A stretch of 64,000 nucleotides of DNA from Kiritimatiellia bacterium. Its GTDB lineage: Bacteria > Verrucomicrobiota > Kiritimatiellia > RFP12 > UBA1067. Positions 33,366 to 43,772 of this stretch are shown here, one piece after another. Where the stretch lies: assembly GCA_017463935.1 (NCBI GenBank), contig JAFUEM010000002.1:531-64530 (forward strand), given 5' to 3'. A program made the translations under genes and the position numbers. The notes under the pieces were generated by a model. That model was given only the letters and a program-made list of their open reading frames with translations. It had not been told where the DNA came from and did no database searches. Within the stretch, counting starts at the first letter, position 1. The number at the start of each line of letters is the position of its first letter.

Positions 33366-33866
33366 TCAGATGTCTGTGATCACCTTGGCTGGGATGCCCG
33401 CTACAATTTTGCGTTCTCCCACATCGCGGTTGATCAGCGCACCAGCGGCGATGACGCTTTTCCCGCCTATCGTTACTCCCGGCAGTATAGTGCTTCTTGC
33501 GCAAAGCCATGCACCATCGCCAATCGTAACGTCTATATTGCAACCTTTCCCGGCAGTATGTGCACCAGAAGCATCAATCTCATGAGTACCCGTGAATATG
33601 CACACCTCTGGAGCGATATCCACACACGCACCTATGCGCACCGTCGCAGGCGACATTGCAATAATGGTTGCATAGTGTCCTATCCAAGTATCATCGCCAA
33701 TCTCAATATGCCCAACGCCGAGAATCCTTACAGATGAACATATCCTGACGTTTCGCCCGATTTTGGCACCGCACCAGCGAAGCAACGCCCGCTTGACGCC
33801 AAAGAACTTTGTTTCCGGCAGCAGGCGGACGATTTGAGCATAAAAATATATCTTCCAGGATCTCAT
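33366..33866 (-). CDS. Hexapeptide-repeat (LbH) O-acetyltransferase
   Basis: Repeated [LIV]-G-x4 turns: ..IEIGDDTWIGHYATII..VTIGDGAWLCARSTILPGVTIGGKSVIAAGALI.. Confidence 0.85.
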   Translation of the reverse strand: MRSWKIYFYAQIVRLLPETKFFGVKRALLRWCGAKIGRNVRICSSVRILGVGHIEIGDDTWIGHYATIIAMSPATVRIGACVDIAPEVCIFTGTHEIDASGAHTAGKGCNIDVTIGDGAWLCARSTILPGVTIGGKSVIAAGALINRDVGERKIVAGIPAKVITDI

Positions 33867-35059
33867 TTTGCAAGTCTCATCCTAAGCTTATCTCCGATTA
33901 CACCCACATTAAAGTTCTGCCTGGCATATTCAAGTGCCGCCAGGCGCTTTACATTCGCAGCATCTTGTGTCAGCGACGCCAGAATAGCCGCAAGCGTTTC
34001 GGCACTGTATGGCCGCAGATGGCAGCACACCTTGTCTGGCAATTCCCCGAAGTCGCCAATATCAGAAACAATTAACAGCTTACCTGAACAAAGTGCCTCA
34101 TAGCCTTTCGATGGCGTCTTGAACTGCCCATGTCTCCCATAGGGATTCTGTATCGCAAAGCAAGCATCCGTTTCCTTGTAAAGTGAAACGAACGCATCGC
34201 TATCAAGGAATCCCAACACAGTTGCATCTATATTTACGAGTTCTTTGGCGCGATCTTCTGCCCATTCTTTTCTGCACCCCATGCCGCAAATCGACACCTT
34301 GAGATTCCGCTTTTGCCCGTCCAGTCTTTTCAAAGCATCAAAAAGAAGAACTATCCCGTTTTCTTCTGTTATGCCGCCACTAAAAAGCAGCCGAATTCCC
34401 CCATCACTCGGCTTGATGGCATCGTCTGGTGATACATTCTGGCAACCGGATATCACAAGTCTTTTCTTTTCTGGCACCACCGGGGAGAACTTCGCGGTGG
34501 GCATTATCACCATGTCCGCAAGCCAAACGGATAACTTCATCAAACACCAGCCCCAGAGCTGAAGCACAGGACGCGTCTCAGAACCGGGCTTCCAATCCGC
34601 AAGCCGTGGCCGGCAAATATCCTCAAGATCCAAAACCACCTTGCTACCATAGGCAATCTTGCACCAAAGAGAGAACAAAAACGCATCTGGAAAATAACAA
34701 TACTGGACAACTGTTTTAATCTTTCGGCGCCTGGCTAGTACAACTGCTGCGGCTATGGCTGTAAATGGCGTCAAAATATAGCCTATGTACCGACGCCTCA
34801 GTTGCCTGATTGAAAGGACTGGCACTCCCGACACCCTCTGGGCAATAGAACACATCCAGCCGCCGCCAGATATACGCGGCATTATGGCTGGCGACAATAT
34901 CGCGCAACGCTCTCCGGCAGCATTGAATGCACCGGCAATACGCAACATGCGGTTTGTTGTCGCCGGATTGATAAGCGGCAGATTGCGTACGCGCTTTGCC
35001 CGAGTCGTTATCGCCGCCCCATAGTAAAGGCAGCAATCCCTTTTACCCATTTCACGCAT
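33863..35059 (-). CDS. GT4-like glycosyltransferase
   Basis: Two-Rossmann architecture, ..LLFSGGITEENGI.. and ..FKTPSKGYEALCSGKLLIVSD.. ATGA overlap with the downstream acetyltransferase gene. Confidence 0.65.
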   Translation of the reverse strand: MREMGKRDCCLYYGAAITTRAKRVRNLPLINPATTNRMLRIAGAFNAAGERCAILSPAIMPRISGGGWMCSIAQRVSGVPVLSIRQLRRRYIGYILTPFTAIAAAVVLARRRKIKTVVQYCYFPDAFLFSLWCKIAYGSKVVLDLEDICRPRLADWKPGSETRPVLQLWGWCLMKLSVWLADMVIMPTAKFSPVVPEKKRLVISGCQNVSPDDAIKPSDGGIRLLFSGGITEENGIVLLFDALKRLDGQKRNLKVSICGMGCRKEWAEDRAKELVNIDATVLGFLDSDAFVSLYKETDACFAIQNPYGRHGQFKTPSKGYEALCSGKLLIVSDIGDFGELPDKVCCHLRPYSAETLAAILASLTQDAANVKRLAALEYARQNFNVGVIGDKLRMRLAK

Positions 35060-36335
35060 TATGTGTTGCTATCTCCCTATAGACTCTCAGCGTATCTTCA
35101 GCATTTTTACGGCCATTGTGGCGGGCAAGCGCGGTGACGCGTGCCGCATCGATACACGCCTCGGCTTCCTCGGGATGCAGGAACCATCGGCGTATCGCAC
35201 CAGCCAATGCAGCTGGATCGCCACTTGGAACGAGCTTACCTTCAACTCCGTCTTTCATGATGCTTGGCGTTCCACCGACAAAAGTCGCTATTGCAGGAGT
35301 GCCGACGAGCATTGCTTCGCCCAATGAATTTGGACTGTTCTCGCACAATGAAGGGAGGACGAACAGCTCTGCATTCTTTAGTTCTTCAGCCACGCCATCT
35401 GCAGGTAACGCAGGCAGCGCAACAACATTATTTTCTATTCCCAAATCCCGCACAAGCCGCCGCAGGTACATCCCGTATGCGTCGTCCTTCAGCTTTGCGA
35501 TAAACAAACGATTCTTGTCTAGTTTATCCTTGGCGGCAACAATGCGGAGCTGAATATCCGGGAATTCCCCCTTGAGCGCTGCAACCGCCCGCAACAGCCA
35601 ATGCGCACCTTTCAATGCGTAGCCAGCCGCTGCACTGCAATATATCGTATGTGGCTTTATTGACTTTCGGTTTCGACGGACACGATAAAATGGCTCGCGC
35701 AAAGTTTCGTTCACATGGAAATATTGCGCCTTCGGGTTGAAATACCGCACCCAGGCCTCGTCCCATTCCGTACGACCTATGAAATATCTTTGTTGACGAA
35801 AAACCCTTTCTTCTTGTGTTGCCCGTTTCTCGCGCCAAAATGTCTGTTCTCGCCAAAACGTAGATCCATACCTCAGCAACCGAAGATTATATTTCGTCCA
35901 CCATGTCTCTTTAGGCGATAACCCCCCGGTGAACTGAACATGACATGCCGAGAGCACTCCTTGAATAGAGACTACAACCGGTTTGCCGCAATATACATCC
36001 TCGCTCATGCAACCATAGAAGTATTCCGTCCCCTGAACATGTATAATATCAGGATTAAACTCTTCTATTACTTTCTTGCACTGAAGTTCTATCTTGCTCG
36101 GCACTTTTTTATACCACGTCTTGCCCCTCTCGCCAAACGAAACGTAGCGGACCCTACCAACCTTTAGATCACAGGGGCGGTGGTCAAGGCACAATGCACA
36201 CATTTCAAGTGAAGGGTCTATCTCAAACAAGGCATCCTGCATCGAGCCAAGCCAACCTGATGTCACGCTTTTCGCCCCACCTATTGCCTCGACAGCCCGT
36301 GGAAGCAACTTAGCGTTTATCCACAAAACCCTCAT
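35052..36335 (-). CDS. GT4 (group 1) glycosyltransferase
   Basis: Internal ATG 36335 forms an ATGA overlap with the upstream stop. MRVLWINAKLLP.., ..LPSLCENSPNSLGEAMLVGTPAIAT.. The track 5' extension overlaps the Wzy-like gene. Confidence 0.8.
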   Translation of the reverse strand: MRVLWINAKLLPRAVEAIGGAKSVTSGWLGSMQDALFEIDPSLEMCALCLDHRPCDLKVGRVRYVSFGERGKTWYKKVPSKIELQCKKVIEEFNPDIIHVQGTEYFYGCMSEDVYCGKPVVVSIQGVLSACHVQFTGGLSPKETWWTKYNLRLLRYGSTFWREQTFWREKRATQEERVFRQQRYFIGRTEWDEAWVRYFNPKAQYFHVNETLREPFYRVRRNRKSIKPHTIYCSAAAGYALKGAHWLLRAVAALKGEFPDIQLRIVAAKDKLDKNRLFIAKLKDDAYGMYLRRLVRDLGIENNVVALPALPADGVAEELKNAELFVLPSLCENSPNSLGEAMLVGTPAIATFVGGTPSIMKDGVEGKLVPSGDPAALAGAIRRWFLHPEEAEACIDAARVTALARHNGRKNAEDTLRVYREIATHNA

Positions 36336-37756
36336 CCGCCTAGACTCCAATGCATCTCGCGACGACACTGCCATACGCCATATATTATTCCGGGGAATAC
36401 CATTGTAACCAATGCATTCCCACAAAAATTTGCATTTAATACTGTCTGTCCCGTCAAACCCACAGGAATAAACACTGCCGCAGATGGAGCTAAAAGAACA
36501 CACAAGGACACCTTATCCCATACCATATCCGCCGCAACGATAAATGCTCGAACATGAGTCCACCACAAAAACAAAACCATAAAAAGCCCCATCCACCAAC
36601 CATTTCTAACCAACTGTGTCAATACTTGGTTATGTGGTGGAACTGCTGGCATGTATTCAAATGCACACGACTCAGGATTGTAGCGCATCTGCAACTGAAG
36701 CCTAGGCTCTCTAAAAACCAAAGGCTCTTTTAGCGCCTCTTCAATTGAGGCCTTCCATAATTGTCCACGATCTCCAATAAGTTTATGTTCAAAGCGCTCA
36801 AAAATAGTTCGACTCTCTTGATTAGTCAATGCATAATCAACAACGGTTGTACTAGCACGGGAAACCGAGTAAACGAATACACTGACACAAAACACAAGCG
36901 CGAAATAGGGGATTCTTCTAATAATGTCTCTATTTGCATTATTCATCCAGAAATAACATGAAAATACTATGCCAAATATAGCAACCATAACTGTCGTAAA
37001 TGAACTTCCAAGATCAACTAGACTAGCGTAACCATGCGCATCCATTGCACCAAGATACCGCGAAAATAATACATTCAATAGCGACGAGAACGTGCCTAGT
37101 GTGCCCAGGATCGCATATATTATACCTACTTTCAATATTATGGCACCAACAAGTAATGCAAGAGTCATTACAAAAGGAGCGAAGGAAAACATATAGAACA
37201 TTCCTAGAAAACTTAGTATATCTAAGATAGTGCAAAGTATAATCATACGCTTTATAAAGTATTCTTTCCCATTATCCCATGTTCTAGCAACGCCTATACC
37301 CCAAAAGTATAAAGCAGGGGTTAGGAAATCAACTAGTGACACTTGCCAGACAGACGTCAATCCATCACTTCTTGCCGATAGTGCGATTGCAAACGCAGGC
37401 ACAATACATGACATCCAAGGAATAAGCCAAGGCATCGTTCTACTATCATACCATCTCTTAAATACCCCAATAAGGCACAAGAAAAAGCACACAATTAAAA
37501 ATACATTCTGTGGGCTAACAGCAAAACCTATATTAAACTTTATTGCATTGGCTTCAAGATAGGTAAAATTGGATTTATCAAGCATCAGCAGATACATCCC
37601 TGGGAAGAGTCTTATATCGCTCTTGATTACTGCATATGTCAAAAGGACGCACTGCAACGGGAATGCCGCAACTTGCGAAATAAGATTCACCAAAAGCACC
37701 GCAATAGAAAGAAACAAAAATCTATCGCCAGACTTACTATTGTTATAGTTTGACAT
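36332..37756 (-). CDS. Polytopic membrane protein, O-antigen polymerase/ligase-like (Wzy candidate)
   Basis: The protein is 474 aa with at least 10 hydrophobic segments and a larger loop near the C-terminal third. It is located in a Wzx-containing cluster. Assignment is by context and topology only. Confidence 0.5.
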   Translation of the reverse strand: MSNYNNSKSGDRFLFLSIAVLLVNLISQVAAFPLQCVLLTYAVIKSDIRLFPGMYLLMLDKSNFTYLEANAIKFNIGFAVSPQNVFLIVCFFLCLIGVFKRWYDSRTMPWLIPWMSCIVPAFAIALSARSDGLTSVWQVSLVDFLTPALYFWGIGVARTWDNGKEYFIKRMIILCTILDILSFLGMFYMFSFAPFVMTLALLVGAIILKVGIIYAILGTLGTFSSLLNVLFSRYLGAMDAHGYASLVDLGSSFTTVMVAIFGIVFSCYFWMNNANRDIIRRIPYFALVFCVSVFVYSVSRASTTVVDYALTNQESRTIFERFEHKLIGDRGQLWKASIEEALKEPLVFREPRLQLQMRYNPESCAFEYMPAVPPHNQVLTQLVRNGWWMGLFMVLFLWWTHVRAFIVAADMVWDKVSLCVLLAPSAAVFIPVGLTGQTVLNANFCGNALVTMVFPGIIYGVWQCRREMHWSLGG

Positions 37757-37776
37757 TTTATATAACTATGCAATGG

Positions 37777-38544
37777 TCAATTCGCTACGCACTTCCCAAT
37801 ATCCCACGTTATTATCTTTTTTATAAGAGTCTTGGGTTCAACAAGAACATAATACACTAATGCTCCCATACGGATGCCTAGTTTCTTTCTGACAACCCAT
37901 GCAAGTCTTGCACCTTTTGGCACCCAAGATCCAGCAAAATGGTGAATTACGTAACTGTTTTCAGTCAAACTTATTTGATTTGAAGCGCCTGATTTAGGGC
38001 AAAAGAAATCTTGCGGGAAAATGGTAACATACCCAGGCATCTCAATTTTATGACCATCTACTATCGCTCCCTTACGCCGCATTAGATTTGTAGTGTATAC
38101 AACATTTGTAGTAGTATCTAATCGACCATCCTCAAGGACAAATCGCCTATTGACATACTCTGCGAGCAAATCTCCTACCCACACTCCACCCTTTTCGGAG
38201 CCCATCAAGCCAGTAATACAACCATTGGACGTCTCATATCCAGTAAAAGCAGGCAGGGACAAGAAACTATCAAGCGGCCTTAAGACTTCCACATCGCTAT
38301 CCATATAAATTCCGCCTTCGCTAAAAAGCGCGTAAAGGCGAACATAATCTGTCACAAAAGCAAACTTCTTTGCACCATATGCTTCTTTTGTGTATTGGCA
38401 AGAGTTTACATCAAAGTTATTTTCATTCCACAATTTTATTTCATATTCCGGCAATATTCTGCGCCAAGAATCTATGCACTTGCATGCAAGCGGCGGAAGC
38501 TTACCCTTGCCAAACCAACAATAATGTATTACTTTTGGTATCAT
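37777..38544 (-). CDS. GT32-family glycosyltransferase (Och1/capsular sugar transferase-like)
   Basis: [17 protein letters not shown].., ..[25 protein letters not shown].. (DxD). Confidence 0.8.
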   Translation of the reverse strand: MIPKVIHYCWFGKGKLPPLACKCIDSWRRILPEYEIKLWNENNFDVNSCQYTKEAYGAKKFAFVTDYVRLYALFSEGGIYMDSDVEVLRPLDSFLSLPAFTGYETSNGCITGLMGSEKGGVWVGDLLAEYVNRRFVLEDGRLDTTTNVVYTTNLMRRKGAIVDGHKIEMPGYVTIFPQDFFCPKSGASNQISLTENSYVIHHFAGSWVPKGARLAWVVRKKLGIRMGALVYYVLVEPKTLIKKIITWDIGKCVAN

Positions 38545-39665
38545 ACTCCCTCCAGAACTTTTACTATGCGATCTACGGCCTTTCCATCACCATACGGATT
38601 CACAGCAGCAGCCATTTTAGCATATTCCTTTTCATTCATAAGAAGCAATGCAGCTTCACGCTCTATCACTTCACGTTCAGTTCCAATAAGTTTTACTGTC
38701 CCTGACGCAACAGCCTCAGGACGCTCTGTCGTGTCGCGCATCACAAGAATCGGCTTGCCAAGCGACGGCGCCTCCTCCTGAACACCACCAGAATCAGTCA
38801 GTATGAGATATGCCCGATTCATCAATGCTACAAATGGAAGATAACTTTGTGGTTCAATCAAGTGGACATTCTTGCCGCAGTGATGTCCAAGTATCCTTCC
38901 TACTGGCTCGCGCACATTCGGGTTGAGATGGACAGGATAAACAAAATGGACATCCGGGAATCTCTCGGCGAGATTGCGAATCGCCGTGCAGATATTCTCA
39001 AATCCATCGCCAAAGTTCTCTCTTCGGTGTCCGGTAACCAAGACCATGCGCACTTCGGACTGCATCAGATCTGGCGGAAGGCCATCAATGGTTGGTGGAT
39101 TCTTCCGAACCATCTCCTTCGCCATAAGCAAAGCGTCTATCACAGTGTTACCAGTCACAAAAATATTCGCATCAGGAACCCCCTCTTTGAGAAGATTCGC
39201 TTTGTTGTTCTCCGTCGGGCAGAAATGCCATTTGGCAAGGCGCGTCGTCAAAACGCGGTTTGCCTCTTCCGGCCAAGGACTTTGCATGTTCCAAGTACGA
39301 AGTCCCGCTTCAACATGAGCAACAGGGATGTGATGATAGAAAGCCGCCAACGCGCCTGCAAGCACGGTCGTAGTATCCCCCTGCACCATCACGACATCCG
39401 GTTTCTCTTCTGCAAGGTAATCATCAATAGCGGCAATCGCACGACTCGTCAATCCGCCAAGCGTTTGATTCGGGCGCATCAACGCTAAATCCTTATCTGG
39501 CGTGACTCCAAACACATCCAAGACTTGCTGCAGCATCTCTCGATGCTGGCCTGTCACGCAGACCTTGCAATCAAAGGCTGGGTCGGCCTTTAACGTCAAC
39601 ACAACTGGGCAAAGCTTTATCGCCTCTGGCCGAGTGCCGAATATAACTGCAATTTTTCGTTTCAT
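38541..39665 (-). CDS. wecB: UDP-N-acetylglucosamine 2-epimerase (non-hydrolysing)
   Basis: Internal ATG 39665 gives [21 protein letters not shown].., ..HVEAGLRT.., ..[24 protein letters not shown].. Confidence 0.9.
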   Translation of the reverse strand: MKRKIAVIFGTRPEAIKLCPVVLTLKADPAFDCKVCVTGQHREMLQQVLDVFGVTPDKDLALMRPNQTLGGLTSRAIAAIDDYLAEEKPDVVMVQGDTTTVLAGALAAFYHHIPVAHVEAGLRTWNMQSPWPEEANRVLTTRLAKWHFCPTENNKANLLKEGVPDANIFVTGNTVIDALLMAKEMVRKNPPTIDGLPPDLMQSEVRMVLVTGHRRENFGDGFENICTAIRNLAERFPDVHFVYPVHLNPNVREPVGRILGHHCGKNVHLIEPQSYLPFVALMNRAYLILTDSGGVQEEAPSLGKPILVMRDTTERPEAVASGTVKLIGTEREVIEREAALLLMNEKEYAKMAAAVNPYGDGKAVDRIVKVLEGV

Positions 39666-41119
39666 TAGATGTCCTTCAAGCCCGACGTGACAAATGCTGC
39701 CGCATACAATGGCCACATAACATGCAAAAGCACCGTGTATCTTTCACCCACTTCGGCAACGGCAAGAATTGCGAAATTCATTCCTAACATAATCGCCGGG
39801 GCGAACAAAACAAAACTACATTTAAATGAACTTCTGTTAAAATTTGCAAAGAACATTACAGCCAACAATACGATTGCGGCAGGGAACAAAATTCCTCCCA
39901 GTCGCGCTACACAGTGTCCAATTAGCGAGACATCCCATGAGATGTCATACCCGATAGGATTCCCCCACCAAACCATTTCCTTCTTTATGAACAGCATTAC
40001 CATATCGCCAAACGACATGGATTTCCATCTGCGAGTTGTTTCTTCTCTGACATATGGCGCAATCTCTTTGGGGCAGTGCCCCACAATCCTGAATGGGACA
40101 CCAGTCGGAGATGTCAACGGCCAGTCGCAATCTGGATGGTCAACTTTATAGCGTTGCCATATCATCTGGCAATCTTCTTTATTCATTCTGCCATTATGTT
40201 CCAATGATGCGCCGAACAATCTTGGCCACAGATTGTCGTTCGAACTGAATATCGTCACACCATTGCCAGTTTTGAAATTTACAGAAACAGCGATAGCACA
40301 TACAAATGCAATACCAACAAGCATTCCCAATAATCCACATACTGTTCTGACGTGGCGTGAAAAGTAGTCCACAACAAACACTATAGGCAATACAATAAGT
40401 AACATGACACCTTCACCGCGAGACCACATTGCAGCGAAGGAAACAAGCGCGCAAGCAAAAGCGAGCACAAATGTGGAGACTCGACTCTTAACGGTACTGA
40501 CTAAAGTAGCCGCCCACAAGGCCAAAAGCGTGAAAAACACATATGTGTGCTCGGTTGCGACATTGCCGCAATGTCCGGAAAGAAACGGCGACAAGAATAT
40601 AAATGCCGCTGTAATCAAACCAGCTTTCTTATTGAACCAGCGTTTTGCCAAATCAAATGCTACGAGAGCAGAACATGCGCTCAGCAATGAAGCAAAAGCA
40701 AATGCAGCAACTAGACTATCTCCGAAAAGTTTCGCCACAAAACCAAAGAATACAACTGTCGTCCAGGATTTGGATTCAGGCCATGTCCCCCTAGCAAAAT
40801 CCTTTGCTTGACCCCACAATAGCGTATAGTCACCCGTCGGGAGCTGGTGATGCGCCCCCAGCACGCCAGGATTGATCAGAACATAGGCCAATCGCATCAC
40901 ACAACCAACTGCCAGCACAAATGCAAGTGACTTGTCAGGGTTCGCCTCCAATGTCTTATCCAGCCACTGGATGACATCATTCACCCATTGTTTCTTTCTC
41001 AGGGCAAAGAACAAACCTACAAGCACCAATTCTATCGGCAAACGGCTTGGTGCAATGGCGAACCAGAGCGATATCGCCAATCCTACAATCCCGGCAAAAC
41101 AATAAATCTTTCTATACAT
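39665..41119 (-). CDS. GT-C fold glycosyltransferase (ArnT/PMT-like, GT39/GT83-type)
   Basis: The protein is 484 aa and polytopic. The N-terminal third resembles PMT_2/ArnT family proteins (..[10 protein letters not shown]..; many TM helices). It probably uses a polyprenyl-phosphate sugar donor. Confidence 0.6.
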   Translation of the reverse strand: MYRKIYCFAGIVGLAISLWFAIAPSRLPIELVLVGLFFALRKKQWVNDVIQWLDKTLEANPDKSLAFVLAVGCVMRLAYVLINPGVLGAHHQLPTGDYTLLWGQAKDFARGTWPESKSWTTVVFFGFVAKLFGDSLVAAFAFASLLSACSALVAFDLAKRWFNKKAGLITAAFIFLSPFLSGHCGNVATEHTYVFFTLLALWAATLVSTVKSRVSTFVLAFACALVSFAAMWSRGEGVMLLIVLPIVFVVDYFSRHVRTVCGLLGMLVGIAFVCAIAVSVNFKTGNGVTIFSSNDNLWPRLFGASLEHNGRMNKEDCQMIWQRYKVDHPDCDWPLTSPTGVPFRIVGHCPKEIAPYVREETTRRWKSMSFGDMVMLFIKKEMVWWGNPIGYDISWDVSLIGHCVARLGGILFPAAIVLLAVMFFANFNRSSFKCSFVLFAPAIMLGMNFAILAVAEVGERYTVLLHVMWPLYAAAFVTSGLKDI

Positions 41120-41130
41120 GATGAATAGGC

Positions 41131-41151
41131 GTTAGGGATTGGTTGTTAGGA
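41131..41151. repeat. Tandem heptamer block (GTTAGGG ATTGGTT GTTAGGA)
   Basis: Read directly. It spans the stop codon of the TagF-like gene (41146-41148) and most of the 26-nt gap to the next start. Confidence 0.65.
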
Positions 41152-42330
41152 GCCGATTCCAAACCAATCGCAAATCTTTTTGCATGCATCGCCATCAGGT
41201 GCCGAGTGAAACTTCTCGCGCATCTCTCGGCGCTCGGTTTTGCATTCATCCTTACCAGCAACAACATCGCGCACAAATGCTTTAAGTCCTTCAACATCGT
41301 AAACATGGCGGCCAGGCATAAGTTTCTTAACCTCGTCAAGCCCTTCAACTATAAAGCCCCGACCGGAAGAATACTCCTCGATATCATCTAGTATATAAGC
41401 CTGCGGCTTGTCGGTAAGAAGATAGTCGTATCCAATAGATGAATAGTCGGTTATCAACGCATCGGTCTTTCCAACCATCTCATAAAGCTGAATATTACGC
41501 TTGCGCAAATCCCCATCTGTCACAATCATAATGTTTGAGAACTTCTCTGAAAAAACCGGCTTGTCCGCCTGAAGATGGTGGATTTTCAATAAAATCGCTA
41601 CGTTTATAGACCCAAGAAATTCATCAAATGCTGAAAGTGCGCTTTTGGTTGAAAGGAGAGGGATCCCCGTTTCATTGTCACAAGCCGCCTCCGATATGGC
41701 CACATTCCCCGACTTCCTAAAGGTAGGCATCCAAAGCAACACTTTATCGTATTTCACGGAGGCAAACGGATTTTCGCTACCAGGCTCCATGTTGGAGACC
41801 AAGATGTCATTTCTAGGATATCCAAGGGGTAGCGTATTATCTGGTGTACCTTTACCCATGAATTTTATATTGAGAGGAACGGCGGCATTGCCTATCACCG
41901 TCGAATAGTCGTAATAATCTTCGTTGACGTACTTATTGCCCTTTATCGGCGCGCCATGCCACAATGCAACGACGATCTGGCCATTCCGCGGCAACCAAGG
42001 GCGCATAGTGCCATGCGTATGGAAACTAAATCTAGCCGTAGAGTAATGATATAACGCACAAAAATGCACGCCGCGTCCAAACCTACTAGTGAAGACTGTA
42101 TCTTTTGATCGCTTGAAGTCTTCTGGATGCCTAACGATCCATATATACTTAAAGCCAGGACAATGCTTACGCATATACATATAAAGTGCCCAAGAGTTGT
42201 CACAAAAATCCCCCTCGCTCTCAAAAATAACTTTCTTCGTATCAATGGGGAATATCTGCATAATACGCCAGATACAGGATACAATTGCACTTTCTAAATG
42301 CAATACAACTTGCACAATAATTTTTCTCAT
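41146..42330 (-). CDS. CDP-glycerol glycerophosphotransferase family protein (TagB/TagF-like)
   Basis: ATG 42330; the track start 42339 is TTG. ..VLLWMPTFRKSG.., ..LLKIHHLQ.., ..TDALITDYSSIGYDYLLTDKPQAYILDD.. Confidence 0.8.
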   Translation of the reverse strand: MRKIIVQVVLHLESAIVSCIWRIMQIFPIDTKKVIFESEGDFCDNSWALYMYMRKHCPGFKYIWIVRHPEDFKRSKDTVFTSRFGRGVHFCALYHYSTARFSFHTHGTMRPWLPRNGQIVVALWHGAPIKGNKYVNEDYYDYSTVIGNAAVPLNIKFMGKGTPDNTLPLGYPRNDILVSNMEPGSENPFASVKYDKVLLWMPTFRKSGNVAISEAACDNETGIPLLSTKSALSAFDEFLGSINVAILLKIHHLQADKPVFSEKFSNIMIVTDGDLRKRNIQLYEMVGKTDALITDYSSIGYDYLLTDKPQAYILDDIEEYSSGRGFIVEGLDEVKKLMPGRHVYDVEGLKAFVRDVVAGKDECKTERREMREKFHSAPDGDACKKICDWFGIGS

Positions 42331-42351
42331 ATATCGCAATAAATTATCTCA

Positions 42352-42751
42352 TCATTTGTTTGAGAGTTTCTCTTTAATTTCAGACGATGATATTGAAGGG
42401 GTGCGTTTAAGATAAATTACAGTGCAAATATCTTTTAGAAAATCAAATTTCCCTCGCCAATCATCTCCCATCACAAAAATATCAATTTTATTATTGATGA
42501 CATCTTGCCGTTTTTGCTCCCATGAATCTTCAAAAAGCACCTTGTCAACGCACTTGAGCGAACCGACAATCTCTGCTCGCTGCACATCTGGGATCACACA
42601 CTTCTTTTGCTTCTCCTCCCAGTTGAAACGATCGCTAGATACGACTACTGTTAGCGTACCATCTGCCCCCCAATTCTCTTGCCTTCTGCAACAACTTCTG
42701 ATGCCCAATATGAAACAAATCAAATGTCCCGTATGTTATTACATTTGCCAT
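42352..42751 (-). pseudogene. tagD: Glycerol-3-phosphate cytidylyltransferase, frameshifted in a G6/C6 tract
   Basis: ATG 42751 gives MANVITYGTFDLFHIGHQKLLQKARELGG, then stops at 42635. The rest (..GADGTLTVVVSSDRFNWEEKQKK..DIFVMGDDWRGKFDFLKD..YLKRTPSISSSEIK) is in the frame of ORF 42352..42723. Deleting one C from 42666-42671 fuses them. Confidence 0.85.
42666..42671. repeat. Homopolymeric C6 (G6 on coding strand) at the tagD frameshift
   Basis: Counted directly in ..atctgccccccaattc.. Confidence 0.9.
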
Positions 42752-42755
42752 AAGC

Positions 42756-43772
42756 CTACTCCTTAATTTTCTTTGTTAACCCTAAAAGGTTTAGGCGATT
42801 AATTAGCAGCAACCTTCCCAAGCCTGTCATGAGATAAAGTCTCCAACGTAAAGCATCAAATCTTGTTCCATCAATATTATTTGAAATAGCTCCCATGTGA
42901 AGCAGTTTACGCACAAGGTTCCACACCTTACACGTATCGCCCAATGTTCTATCTGGACAAAAGGCAAACCATTGGCAGACATCTTTATGCACCCAGAAAG
43001 TTGATGCCTTTACAATAGATTCACGCTCAACACGGCCATCAATCTTGGATGACAAACTTTCACATATCTCAATGTACTTGGCTAAAAGATTAATCGTATC
43101 ATTACGTCGTCTATACGAAAGCGTCGCACTCCCAAAGCGTTCTCGTTTTAAATAACTAGTCTGCAAACTGATTTTTAATCCCCGTGAGACAGCTGCTACC
43201 GCATAGCCAAACAATGCATCCTCTCTAAACCTAATCCCATCCGCAAAGCGTAAGCCACTCAACATTACACGACGATAAAAATTTAAGAAAGGGAAGGCGC
43301 ACGTCGAAATCAGTTGCCAACCTACAGATATGACGTTCTGTTTAAAAACATTGCCAGTAATACCCTTTGGTTTGCTTTGATATTTTACTTTTTCATTACC
43401 ATTAATATACCAATCTGTCCACCCAGTCCTAATCCAATCAATTTCAGGTTCTATTGAAAGAGCAATCGTCTTCAACCAATCCATTTCAACAACATCATCA
43501 GCATCCAAAAAACCTACCCAAGCCCCGTTTGCCACGTCCAACGCGATATTCCTCGTCACACTTACGCCAGCATTTTTCTGATGGATTACTTTATACCGCC
43601 TGTCTTTCGCGGCATACTCGTCGAGAATCGCACCAGAGCCATCCGTTGACCCATCATCAACACAAATCGCTTCCCAATCGGTGAATGTCTGCGCCAAGAC
43701 ACTGTCTAGACACTCGCGCAAATACGGTGCGACATTGTATACAGGAATTATAATAGAGAAGAAAGGTGTCAT
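42756..43772 (-). CDS. Family-2 glycosyltransferase
   Basis: MTPFFSIIIPVYNVAPYLRECLDSVLAQTFTDWEAICVDDGSTDGS.. and ..FLDADD.. Confidence 0.85.
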   Translation of the reverse strand: MTPFFSIIIPVYNVAPYLRECLDSVLAQTFTDWEAICVDDGSTDGSGAILDEYAAKDRRYKVIHQKNAGVSVTRNIALDVANGAWVGFLDADDVVEMDWLKTIALSIEPEIDWIRTGWTDWYINGNEKVKYQSKPKGITGNVFKQNVISVGWQLISTCAFPFLNFYRRVMLSGLRFADGIRFREDALFGYAVAAVSRGLKISLQTSYLKRERFGSATLSYRRRNDTINLLAKYIEICESLSSKIDGRVERESIVKASTFWVHKDVCQWFAFCPDRTLGDTCKVWNLVRKLLHMGAISNNIDGTRFDALRWRLYLMTGLGRLLLINRLNLLGLTKKIKE

